Translations under genes and position numbers: made by a program | From: Planctomycetaceae bacterium | GTDB lineage: Bacteria > Planctomycetota > Phycisphaerae > Sedimentisphaerales > Anaerohalosphaeraceae | DNA length: 64,000 nucleotides | Direction: 5' to 3' | Assembly: GCA_021372945.1 (NCBI GenBank) | Contig: JAJFTK010000139.1 | Coordinates: forward strand, 53,970 to 117,969 | Part shown: positions 27,795 through 35,527 of the stretch, piece after piece | Numbering within the stretch: position 1 is the first letter of the stretch | How the letters are laid out: every line of letters begins with the position of its first letter | Notes under the pieces: generated by a model | Told to the model about the DNA's origin: nothing | The model's database searches: none | The model's input: only the letters and a program-made list of their open reading frames with translations

Positions 27795-29228
27795 TTAATC
27801 AGAGATCCAGCGAACGCGGATCGCATCGGCACAGGCGGTGGATCCATCGCCGGCGGTATCGATCTCGACATAGCCGGGCTGTCCGCCTGTCATGGGATAC
27901 GTTCCCAACACGTTCCATTGCCCGCCGTCCGCCTGTTGGTTGATGCTCAGATTTGCCGTGCCGGCGCCGTGCCTCACCTGCACAGGGATGGAAGTGCCGC
28001 GTGATGAATACTGGGTCCACCAGAGGGACACCTCGTAGCGGCCGGTTTGCGCCGGGGTGAATGTCCAGCGATAGGATGCCGCCGCGCGGGCCCAGAGGGA
28101 ATTGCTGCCGTAAGAGCCGGAGCCGCCGGAAATGCCCCATGTGCCGGTGTAGGAGGTTCCGCTGCCGCCGTTATCCATGACACTTTCCGGTTTGGTGCTG
28201 TCAACTTTGACAAATCGAACCGCGTCAGCGCAACTGCTGGTCGGATAGGAACCCAAGGCGGTCAGTTTCACCGTCCCGCTTGCACTAAAATAATAGGTTC
28301 CGAGCAAATTCCACTTGCCGCCGTTGGTTTGCTGGTTGATCGTCAGCGATGCTGTTCCGGCGGCATTGCTGATCGTCACCGGTACCGCCGTGCCGCGCGA
28401 CGAATACGCGGTCCACCACATGTACACTTGATAGGTTCCGGCCGACGGCGGAGTGAAGCGCCAGCTATAAGTTGCGCCATTACGGGCCCAGAGGCTATTT
28501 GAACCATAGCAGCCGGAGCCGCTGGAAACACCCCAGGTGCCGGTCGAAGAAGTCCCGGACGCGCCGTTGTCGATGGTTGTTTGCGTCGGAGAGGTGTCTG
28601 TGCCTGTGCCTGTGCCTGTGTCTGTGCCTGTATCGGTTCCGGTGTCAGTCCCTGTGTCTGTGCTGCCGGCTGTCCAGTTATCGCGGCGATAAAAACGGCA
28701 TCCCCAGTCAACCATATCCTGTTTGCGGCGCGTGCGTTCGACGACGCCGATGGAAGCCGACAGCGCTTCACGTGTGACGATCGAAGAGCTGGTGAGTTCT
28801 TTAACCAGGCCGGTATGCCCGGTGCTCGGTCCGCCGTACTCAGCCCGCCATACCCAAATGTCCCACGGCTGCAGGTTTTGGACATTGTTGATCCGCACAA
28901 GATGCGGCACACCAGCGTAAAGTTTGGAAGTCGAGTAAGGGTAAGCTGCCGACTTATTTTCCGCCACGTAGCTGGGCAGCGCCAGACAGCGGCATACATA
29001 AGACGCGCAGTCCACCCCCTCGATACTCGAACTGTCCCAAGAATTATTATCGATCCACCCCTTATTGCCGCCATACACATACCGTTCGTTCAATCCATGG
29101 TACGAGTAGGTACTGCAATTGCTGCGTGTCCAACCGGCATCATAGGCCGCGCCGGCGGATGCGGCAAAACATAACGAGACGAGAATCAGATATTTTGCAC
29201 TCTTTTGCTTAGATGAAAAACACGTCAT
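27795..29228 (-). CDS. secreted NlpC/P60-type cysteine peptidase with a TD/TG linker and two golvesin-C-like modules
   Basis: GVDCASYVCRCL (Cys nucleophile context) and STGHTGLV (His). (TD/TG)n linker. Two repeats of GTWG.SSGSG.YGSNSLWAR....Y.W.FTP...G.Y.V..WWT.YSSRGT..PV. Confidence 0.75.
   Translation of the reverse strand: MTCFSSKQKSAKYLILVSLCFAASAGAAYDAGWTRSNCSTYSYHGLNERYVYGGNKGWIDNNSWDSSSIEGVDCASYVCRCLALPSYVAENKSAAYPYSTSKLYAGVPHLVRINNVQNLQPWDIWVWRAEYGGPSTGHTGLVKELTSSSIVTREALSASIGVVERTRRKQDMVDWGCRFYRRDNWTAGSTDTGTDTGTDTGTDTGTGTGTDTSPTQTTIDNGASGTSSTGTWGVSSGSGCYGSNSLWARNGATYSWRFTPPSAGTYQVYMWWTAYSSRGTAVPVTISNAAGTASLTINQQTNGGKWNLLGTYYFSASGTVKLTALGSYPTSSCADAVRFVKVDSTKPESVMDNGGSGTSYTGTWGISGGSGSYGSNSLWARAAASYRWTFTPAQTGRYEVSLWWTQYSSRGTSIPVQVRHGAGTANLSINQQADGGQWNVLGTYPMTGGQPGYVEIDTAGDGSTACADAIRVRWISD
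28593..28662. repeat. imperfect hexanucleotide microsatellite (GTGCCT/GTGTCT) encoding the TD/TG linker
   Basis: The sequence ggtgtctgtgcctgtgcctgtgcctgtgtctgtgcctgtatcggttccggtgtcagtccctgtgtctgtgct is read on the minus strand as STDTGTDTGTDTGTDTGTGTGTDT. Confidence 0.85.
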
Positions 29229-30427
29229 TGAACATCTCCTGCATAATCAAAAGTAACAATGCGTCCGTGGGATGTGTCACCGGTCATGAGCGCCACACCG
29301 GCAGGCGTTGCCGTCATGCGGCGCGTCGCGTCAAAGGAAAACCAGACGTTGATTTGCGTCGTTTCGGCTCGTGCGTTAAGGGTATCAATGCGTGCCAGGC
29401 GGCGGATACGGTAATCCCCCTCAAGGGTATATAGCACCCAAACAATGCCGTTTTCATCCGTGACTGTCTCGTCGATATAGCCGACCGGCTGATCGAACGG
29501 GAGGACCAAAACATTCGAACTGTTTTCTGTTTTCAGGATCAGATCGTTTCCCTGCACTTCGGCCGTCACCTGCTGATCCTTGGGCTGCTCGACCAACTCG
29601 GACGCGGGCGTCTGATTTGCGGCGGCCAGCTTTTCCGGGTGGTTTTGATTGGGCGCGTATAATTTTTTGGAATCGCGGTCATAGCTGAATTTCGCCGGGT
29701 ATTCGAAGTTTTTCCTCAGAGCGGCGGAACGCGCTTCATGCAATCGACCGTTTTGAAACTTGTGGATCTTGTCTTCTAATTGTGACACGACGATCACGGA
29801 GTTATCCGCCGGATCGATGATCAGATCGCTGGCATGGGATGTTGGCACTTCGATCGTTGTGCTGAGGCTGCCGTCGGCAGTAAAACCCAGAACCCTGTGC
29901 TTGACACTGTCGAGGACATAGAGGATGCCATTGGCGCCGGCGATCGCGGCCGGTCCAAGCGGCGGGCCGTCTGCCGGAGTGAGCAGCCCGAATGCCGCAT
30001 CATCGCTGTTCCATTCTTTCTCGACTACAACGGTCTGCTGAAGCGCCAGCGGCTGCGGCTTGAGAACGGTGTATTGCGGGCAGATGAACAATGTGACGTC
30101 CGGGCTTGTGATAAGCGATTGATCGTCTTTCCCAACGGCCACCCTATAGGTCAATTCTGTCCCTTGCACGGATTGTGCGGGGATCGTGCCCGTCCAGCGA
30201 TTGGCGCCAGCGGTTGTCATGGCCGCCTGGTACTCATCGCTGCCGCAGGTCCAGCTTAAAGTGACATCCTTCGCTGCATCATCGACAATGGCTCCAATCG
30301 CGATGTCATGGCCGGCTTCGGCAAAACGCGGCGCCTTAAAAAGAGAAACCTGGGCAAACACTTGCGAACTGCCCAGCAGCGTTAAACAAATGAGAAAACG
30401 CCTGCATAGCGCATTGATCATGAACAT
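29225..30427 (-). CDS. secreted hypothetical protein (N-terminal Ig-like region plus beta-propeller-like repeats)
   Basis: Start moved to MFMINALCRRFLICLTLLGSSQVFAQ (signal peptide, AGGAAAGG upstream). ILYVLDSVKHRVLGFTADG and SDLIIDPADNSVIVV resemble NHL/propeller blades. ATGA overlap with the NlpC/P60 gene. Confidence 0.6.
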   Translation of the reverse strand: MFMINALCRRFLICLTLLGSSQVFAQVSLFKAPRFAEAGHDIAIGAIVDDAAKDVTLSWTCGSDEYQAAMTTAGANRWTGTIPAQSVQGTELTYRVAVGKDDQSLITSPDVTLFICPQYTVLKPQPLALQQTVVVEKEWNSDDAAFGLLTPADGPPLGPAAIAGANGILYVLDSVKHRVLGFTADGSLSTTIEVPTSHASDLIIDPADNSVIVVSQLEDKIHKFQNGRLHEARSAALRKNFEYPAKFSYDRDSKKLYAPNQNHPEKLAAANQTPASELVEQPKDQQVTAEVQGNDLILKTENSSNVLVLPFDQPVGYIDETVTDENGIVWVLYTLEGDYRIRRLARIDTLNARAETTQINVWFSFDATRRMTATPAGVALMTGDTSHGRIVTFDYAGDVQ

Positions 30428-30838
30428 GCCTTTCCTAATGAATTGCAGTTGTGATTCACCCGTCCCAATAGTTTCAGCGCATACTGAAATCTTAAATTCA
30501 ACCGCTTTGACGGATATACCGCATCGCACTGGAAAAAAATGCGATGAAATCAGAGGATGCTCACCAAAACATCGAAAAACATTCCCCAAGAGATTATTAC
30601 TGTTACGCGATTTTACGCCTGGGTTTTTTTCATTGTTCGGAAAATTCTCTTTTTCCGATAGAAAATGCTTTTACCCCGATGAATATGGATATGGAATCTT
30701 CATCAATACGGCGTATCAGAGCAACACACGGATGAAGGTGATTTTAAGAATCGATATGAGAGGACAACCAATGCATGCACTCAAAGGCTCACGCCGGCAG
30801 GACACATCGCGGAATCCTGGATAAATACTGCGGTTGTG

Positions 30839-30862
30839 TTTCTAAATCTTTCTATCCAACTT
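30839..30862. repeat. left direct repeat (orphan copy of the comM 3' end)
   Basis: TTTCTAAATCTTTCTATCCAACTT. Its reverse complement would encode KLDRKI-stop but is not attached to a gene. Confidence 0.85.
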
Positions 30863-30879
30863 ACCACCAATGAACCATT

Positions 30880-31434
30880 CTAGCCTTTTAGTGCATCGTT
30901 CACTTCTTTGATGTCAAACGCCTCAGGATCAAATTCGCCGCCGAGCCATTCAAGCCTGTCCTCATGCTCCTCATGATCAGGATCATCGAGGATTTCCAGT
31001 AATTCCTCGTATCCCAAGGCGCCGCCGCAATCTTCCGGCGGACAGGCTCGTCGGCCATCCAGACATACAGGGTATTTCACGCCCTTCTGCGGCTCCTTAA
31101 TCTCCACCAGTTCCACCACATGCTCCCAGTTGTCACCATAATCATACGTATAGATAAATCGTTCCCGCGGCCGGCGCACCAGGTCGGACAGCCTGCCCTT
31201 GCGCTCATCCATTGTGTCGTCCATATCGTCATCCGGATCGAGCACGCTGTACTCATCGTCGCCGGCAATGAACGAATGCAGATGCGTATTCGTCCAGCCC
31301 ATTACATCCTGAATCACATCATGCAGTTTATCCAGCCGGATCGCGGCATCCACTTCGAACTTCCGCCAAACCCGCGGCTCAACATCCGCCAGCCAGATTT
31401 CCAATTGATAAATCGTTCCTGCGTTCTTAGCCAT
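30880..31434 (-). CDS. pRiA4b ORF-3 / MM3350-like domain protein
   Basis: 184 aa. IYQLEIWLADVEPRVWRKFEV, HLHSF, YTYDYGDNWEHVVEL and CPPEDCGG are the hallmark motifs of the PRiA4_ORF3 family. Confidence 0.88.
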   Translation of the reverse strand: MAKNAGTIYQLEIWLADVEPRVWRKFEVDAAIRLDKLHDVIQDVMGWTNTHLHSFIAGDDEYSVLDPDDDMDDTMDERKGRLSDLVRRPRERFIYTYDYGDNWEHVVELVEIKEPQKGVKYPVCLDGRRACPPEDCGGALGYEELLEILDDPDHEEHEDRLEWLGGEFDPEAFDIKEVNDALKG

Positions 31435-31619
31435 ATCGTCTCCTGATTCAAACTATTCAGCAGCACGGGCATCCTACCCGTATGTTCTGTGCAACGATGC
31501 CGCAATTGGGGCAACAGAAAGGCGATTCCCTTCAGGTTTTCTACCGCAACGGAATCTCATTTGCACCTTTCTACAAAGCACTCGTCATCCCTCTTGCGAT
31601 CTGTTTCTTTGTCGATTTT

Positions 31620-33416
31620 TCACAGGGCATCAAAGTATGTTCGGATTCTCTGTGCCATCAAGAAACGACGTTGTTCCAGAAAGTCCTCATACTCTGGAAC
31701 CTCACCGTCAAGCAGCGATTCAGGCAGACAGTTCATAGTGAGGTTCTTTCGCATTTCGAGTTCGTCTGTAATGCCGCCGTACTTTTTTTTGCTGCCGCTG
31801 CATTGATTCATGAGTTCCTTAAAATAAACATCTGGCGCCCTGTCGCCTATAGCAATGTTGATCTCACTCTGTGCGATGACAAAGTTGGCGATCTGATTGT
31901 ATCGACCCTTGTTAAGTCCCTGGTTCTTGAGATAGTTTTTCGGGAAAACATGATGGACATCACATCGATTTAATATCAGATCACGGACTGCTATATCACG
32001 GGAAAGAAAACCTCTATCATTCAGTTTGACCTGTGCCGCCTTATATACCATGAAATAAGGGCTATTGCTTGACGAGGTATCCATCTGCTGAGGTAAAAGG
32101 GCAGTCCAGAAACTATCAGATAAACGGGCACTAATTACCGCGCTCGTATAGTCTGCAAGGCCCTGTGCATCAATTTGTCGAATATCCAAATCAAAGCTCG
32201 TTTCGGGATTTCCGGAATATTGTCCCGTCAGCAGTGACATGACGTACCAGCGGCGAACCAAATGTTCAATTTCGTTGGGCTTCATATCTTCCGCCCGACC
32301 CAGCAGATATAAAATATAAGCAAAATTAACTGCGTTTTGCCCTCCAATAAGATCACTGTTAACAAACCCTGCGGATCTCATTATCATTACAAAACGTTCG
32401 AAGTGTGTTTTGTTCATAAAGTTGAGGATGCCTTTTTTCAGCAGGTTAAAAGAGCTTTCGGCAATGACATCCTCATATTGTTTGGTTTCAAAATTCCTGC
32501 CAGAAAGCAAGGCCACAAGGTCCTGGAGCTTACCTCGGCGGAATTCTGCGGTGAAGGCAACGCGAAGCATGTCAGTGTACGAGGGATCATAAATATCGTC
32601 ATTTACGTCCTTAATCCACGCCATTTTGGAGAAGAACTCGGATGCTGCAAATGCGCGGTCACCCTCTTTAATTTTACCATAAAACTCCGGTGCCACAGCC
32701 AAATGGCAGAAGTAGTCAATAGCTTTCCGCAGAACGTTTCCCCCGTAGCTTTCATTTGCGGCTATTTTAGACATCGCAAAATCTGCTTGCGAGAGTTCAG
32801 CGCCTGCTGAATTGACGCGAATGAATATCTCGGTAACAGTTTCTATATCAAGATCTTCCGCAAGGTCAATAATGCCTACGTGGTTGTTAATGATCTTACG
32901 CAGCTTTTCCAGCACCTTCGATATTGCACGCTTATTTGCTTCAGGATTGTTTTCTAAATAGCTCTCCGTTAAATCCGTTAAACTTGAATCGGGAGCGAAC
33001 ACGTCCGCGACATCGTAAATCCACGCGGGATTTTTTCTTATGGCAGGGTTTGCAACTTCGAACCTTTCTTCCAATGGATGAAAGGCAATTCTGATGCGGA
33101 CTGTTTCATAATCCTTAGTCAAAACCTCACGGCCAAGGATTGCTGCCATCAATGCTGTGACGCGCTGTTGACCATCAATTAGGATGCGTTTCCCTGCCGA
33201 AAGTGATCCGTCTTTTAGCCGCACTGTCGGATTTCGCCATGCAATCAGGTACCCGACGGGAAACCCCTGGTATAACGAATCAAGCAAATTACGTACCTTC
33301 TTTGCTTCCCACACAAAGGGCCGTTGTATTTCGGGAATTGCAATCTCGCCTGATTTTACCCATGTTAGAAGTGTTTCAATCGGATGCGGTGTTACAGAAT
33401 ACCTTTGAGTGCTCAT
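31620..33416 (-). CDS. GmrSD-type (DUF262 + DUF1524) putative type IV modification-dependent restriction endonuclease
   Basis: N-terminal [11 protein letters not shown] and [11 protein letters not shown] (DUF262/ParB-like). C-terminal [12 protein letters not shown]...[19 protein letters not shown] (DUF1524 His-Me finger). Start at MSTQRYS with AGGAG RBS; the track start at 33461 is less likely. Confidence 0.88.
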   Translation of the reverse strand: MSTQRYSVTPHPIETLLTWVKSGEIAIPEIQRPFVWEAKKVRNLLDSLYQGFPVGYLIAWRNPTVRLKDGSLSAGKRILIDGQQRVTALMAAILGREVLTKDYETVRIRIAFHPLEERFEVANPAIRKNPAWIYDVADVFAPDSSLTDLTESYLENNPEANKRAISKVLEKLRKIINNHVGIIDLAEDLDIETVTEIFIRVNSAGAELSQADFAMSKIAANESYGGNVLRKAIDYFCHLAVAPEFYGKIKEGDRAFAASEFFSKMAWIKDVNDDIYDPSYTDMLRVAFTAEFRRGKLQDLVALLSGRNFETKQYEDVIAESSFNLLKKGILNFMNKTHFERFVMIMRSAGFVNSDLIGGQNAVNFAYILYLLGRAEDMKPNEIEHLVRRWYVMSLLTGQYSGNPETSFDLDIRQIDAQGLADYTSAVISARLSDSFWTALLPQQMDTSSSNSPYFMVYKAAQVKLNDRGFLSRDIAVRDLILNRCDVHHVFPKNYLKNQGLNKGRYNQIANFVIAQSEINIAIGDRAPDVYFKELMNQCSGSKKKYGGITDELEMRKNLTMNCLPESLLDGEVPEYEDFLEQRRFLMAQRIRTYFDAL

Positions 33417-33497
33417 GCTTCTCCTTTCAGAATGGGCCAGAAGCTTTTTTCGAGAATCCATTCTTCTGTTCGCATTTCTGCCCTTTACTTATTGACT

Positions 33498-33521
33498 TTT
33501 CTAAATCTTTCTATCCAGCTT
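33498..33521. repeat. right direct repeat (overlaps the comM stop codon)
   Basis: TTTCTAAATCTTTCTATCCAGCTT. Its reverse complement is the real ...KLDRKI-stop end of comM. Confidence 0.85.
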
Positions 33522-35027
33522 GCGGTAGCTGACGGCTTCGGCGATGTGTTCTGCGCCGATGCGCTCAAGGCCTTCGAGGTCCGCGATGGTTCGCGCGACC
33601 TTGCAGATCTTGTCGTGCGCCCGCGCCGACAGGTGAAACTCTGTGATCGCCTGCTTGAGCATCCCCTCGGCCTGTTCGTCGAGGCCGCAGAATTTTTCCA
33701 CCTGCTTATGCGTCATCGTCGCGTTGGTTTTCGTGCTGTCGCCGAAGCGTTTGGTCTGCGTGCGCCTGGCCTGCTGCACCAGCCCGCGCAGTTCCCTGGA
33801 GCCCGTTCCGCTGGTGGTGCTGCGGAGCTTTCGAAACTCCACCGGCGGCACCTCGATATGAATATCCATACGGTCCAAAAGCGGCCCCGAGACCTTCGAC
33901 AGGTAGCGCTCCACCTGCACCGGCGTGCACCGGCACCGCTTGGCGTGCGTACCGAAATATCCGCACGGGCACGGGTTCATCGCCGCCAGCATCACGAACC
34001 GCGCTGGGAATTGCAGCGTCCCCCTGGCTCGTGCGATCGTCACCGTGCCCTCCTCCAGCGGCTGGCGGATCATCTCCAGCACGTGCCGCGGAAACTCCGC
34101 GAACTCATCGAGAAACAATATCCCATGATGTGACAAGCTCAGTTCGCCCGGCCGTGGATGCGTCCCGCCGCCCACCAGCGCCGCGCCGGTGGCGGTATGA
34201 TGGGGCGCCCGCACTGGCCGCGTCCCGATCAGCGCCGTGCCCTTGGGCAGCAGCCCCACCGACGAATACACCCGCGTCGTCTCCAGTGACTCCGGCAACG
34301 TCATATCGGGCAGGATCGTGGCCATCCGCTGCGCCAGCATCGTCTTGCCCGCCCCCGGCGGCCCGATCATCATCACGTTGTGCCCGCCCGCCGCGGCGAT
34401 CGTCAGCGCGCGCTTCACGCTCTCCTGGCCCTTCACGTCCGCAAAATCCACATCGTAGGCGCACGCCCGCTCGAACAGCCGATCCATATCCACCGCCGTC
34501 GCCTCCAGCGGCAGCAGGTCCGACAAAAACCCCACCGCCTGCGCCAGCGAGCCAATCGCAAATACCTCCAGGCCCTGCACCACCGCCGCCTCCGCCGCGT
34601 TTTCCAGCGGCACCAATATCGCCTTGTACCCGTGGTTGGCCGCCGTCAGGGCCATACTCAACACGCCATTGACCGGCCGCACCCGCCCATCCAGGGCAAG
34701 CTCGCCCACGACTACGGTCTGCCGCAGCCGTTCGCTCGTCAGCGCCCCCATGCACGCCAGCACCCCCAGCGCAATCGGCAGATCGAACGCCGGGCCTTCT
34801 TTCTTCACATCCGCCGGAGCAAGGTTCACAAGATAGGGCATCTCCGGGTACTTGAATCCGGAATTAAGAATTGAGCTGCGGACCCGCTCGATGCTCTCCT
34901 TGACCGCCGTATCCGGCAGCCCAACGATCGTCGGCTTCTGCATCGCCGAGCGCGAAATATCCACCTCCACCTCGCACAAGATCCCCTCGATCCCTTCCAA
35001 CGTCAGCGAAAACACCCGTGCCAGCAT
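33501..35027 (-). CDS. comM: YifB/ComM-family Mg-chelatase-like AAA+ ATPase
   Basis: 508 aa. N-terminal Lon-protease-like domain, Walker A MIGPPGAGKTMLAQR, GILFLDEFAEF, the Cys cluster CPCGYFG...CRC, and a C-terminal ChlI-like domain. Confidence 0.93.
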   Translation of the reverse strand: MLARVFSLTLEGIEGILCEVEVDISRSAMQKPTIVGLPDTAVKESIERVRSSILNSGFKYPEMPYLVNLAPADVKKEGPAFDLPIALGVLACMGALTSERLRQTVVVGELALDGRVRPVNGVLSMALTAANHGYKAILVPLENAAEAAVVQGLEVFAIGSLAQAVGFLSDLLPLEATAVDMDRLFERACAYDVDFADVKGQESVKRALTIAAAGGHNVMMIGPPGAGKTMLAQRMATILPDMTLPESLETTRVYSSVGLLPKGTALIGTRPVRAPHHTATGAALVGGGTHPRPGELSLSHHGILFLDEFAEFPRHVLEMIRQPLEEGTVTIARARGTLQFPARFVMLAAMNPCPCGYFGTHAKRCRCTPVQVERYLSKVSGPLLDRMDIHIEVPPVEFRKLRSTTSGTGSRELRGLVQQARRTQTKRFGDSTKTNATMTHKQVEKFCGLDEQAEGMLKQAITEFHLSARAHDKICKVARTIADLEGLERIGAEHIAEAVSYRKLDRKI

Positions 35028-35115
35028 ACCCTTGTCCTTTCTGCATTGGGAACACGACCATATCGGTCGCCTTGGTTTGTCCCGAAAAGCAGCCCAGACG
35101 CCGCGTTCCCAGAGG

Positions 35116-35144
35116 ATTTTAGAATCCGTCCCTTAAACTGGCAA
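35116..35144 (-). promoter_or_regulatory. sigma-70-type promoter for comM
   Basis: Minus strand reads TTGCCA-17 nt-TAAAAT, about 90 nt upstream of the comM ATG. Confidence 0.45.
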
Positions 35145-35267
35145 GTTTTTTCCGCATTTCAGGAGGAAAAATACGTCTCAAATGGCTCTCGGAAACTATA
35201 AAAAATCTGCTTTTACAGCTTTTTAGCCCTTTTTTCAGGATTTTCTATTTTTTCTCAAGATTTCCCC

Positions 35268-35295
35268 TTGCACGAACCGATTCCTGAGGTATAAT
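35268..35295 (+). promoter_or_regulatory. strong sigma-70-type promoter with no downstream CDS
   Basis: TTGCAC-16 nt-TATAAT, preceded by a T/A-rich UP-like tract (35221-35262). Confidence 0.6.
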
Positions 35296-35301
35296 AACGG
35301 T

Positions 35302-35436
35302 TGAAATTATTGCTCTTTTTCTTCTTATACTCTATGTGTTTCTTCGGAACGCTGGGACGCTACTTTATTACGGTTGATCTATTAAAATTGAATCGTCCTG
35401 GCAAGGCTGGTGCTTCTCTCACCAGCCTTTTTTATT
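35302..35436 (+). ncRNA. candidate small RNA (about 135 nt) defined by a promoter plus terminator; family unknown
   Basis: Lies between the TATAAT box and a perfect intrinsic terminator. It sits between two minus-strand genes with no + strand CDS downstream. The only ORF is 36 codons, lacks an RBS and runs through the terminator stem. Confidence 0.4.
35403..35436 (+). terminator. intrinsic terminator
   Basis: AAGGCTGGTG-cttctct-CACCAGCCTT (10-bp perfect stem) followed by TTTTTTATT. Confidence 0.8.
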
Positions 35437-35444
35437 GCGCTTAG

Positions 35445-35514
35445 CGGCAAGCGTAAGCGCCCCGATTTTTTTCTCTTTCCGGCAAGCTAAACGCCCCGAT
35501 CCTTTTGCTCTTTC
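35445..35514. repeat. two tandem 35-nt imperfect direct repeats
   Basis: CGGCAAGCGTAAGCGCCCCGATTTTTTTCTCTTTC followed by CGGCAAGCTAAACGCCCCGATCCTTTTGCTCTTTC, between the candidate sRNA terminator and the hypB stop. Confidence 0.8.
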
Positions 35515-35527
35515 CTGCCGGAATCAT

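Larger units (their letters stand above)
30839..33521 (-). mobile_element. putative integrated low-GC genomic islet at the 3' end of comM (no recombinase present)
   Basis: Bounded by 23/24-identical direct repeats. Contains only the GmrSD-type and pRiA4b-ORF3-type genes. Sampled 60-nt lines have 24-28 G+C inside, against 46 in comM. Confidence 0.5.

Noticed and set aside
27773-27812. Inverted repeat GATCTCTG...CAGAGATC spanning the two convergent stop codons (27775 and 27795)
   Set aside because: It has an 18-nt loop and no U-tract on either strand, and both arms are partly coding. It may help termination, but I cannot support it as a feature.
28593-28662. Short-period repeats checked as a possible CRISPR array; also the 35-nt repeats at 35445-35514
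   Set aside because: The first is an in-frame coding microsatellite with no spacers. The second has only two adjacent units and no spacers. No cas genes are present in the window.
30186-30824. 212-aa plus-strand ORF and 63-aa ORF 30544-30735, checked as possible integrase or transposase remnants next to the islet
   Set aside because: The first half of the 212-aa ORF is antisense to the beta-propeller gene. Neither translation shows recombinase motifs such as an R..H..R..Y or DDE pattern by eye. A blastx search would be needed to exclude a decayed gene.
34031-34755. P/A/R/G-rich ORFs on both strands inside comM (34031-34672 +, 34105-34755 -)
   Set aside because: These are low-complexity translations of a very GC-rich stretch. 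The comM frame carries Walker A/B and ChlI motifs across the same bases.
35334-35444. 36-codon ORF (MCFFGTLGRYFITVDLLKLNRPGKAGASLTSLFYCA) inside the candidate sRNA
   Set aside because: There is no purine-rich RBS upstream. The ORF runs straight through the terminator stem and U-tract and shows no peptide family resemblance. I kept the unit as a non-coding RNA candidate.
35028-35527. Searched the comM-hyp intergenic region and the islet borders for a tRNA or tmRNA gene as the integration target
   Set aside because: I found no cloverleaf-compatible sequence and no GTTCGAATC-like T-arm box. The repeat duplicates the comM coding end instead.
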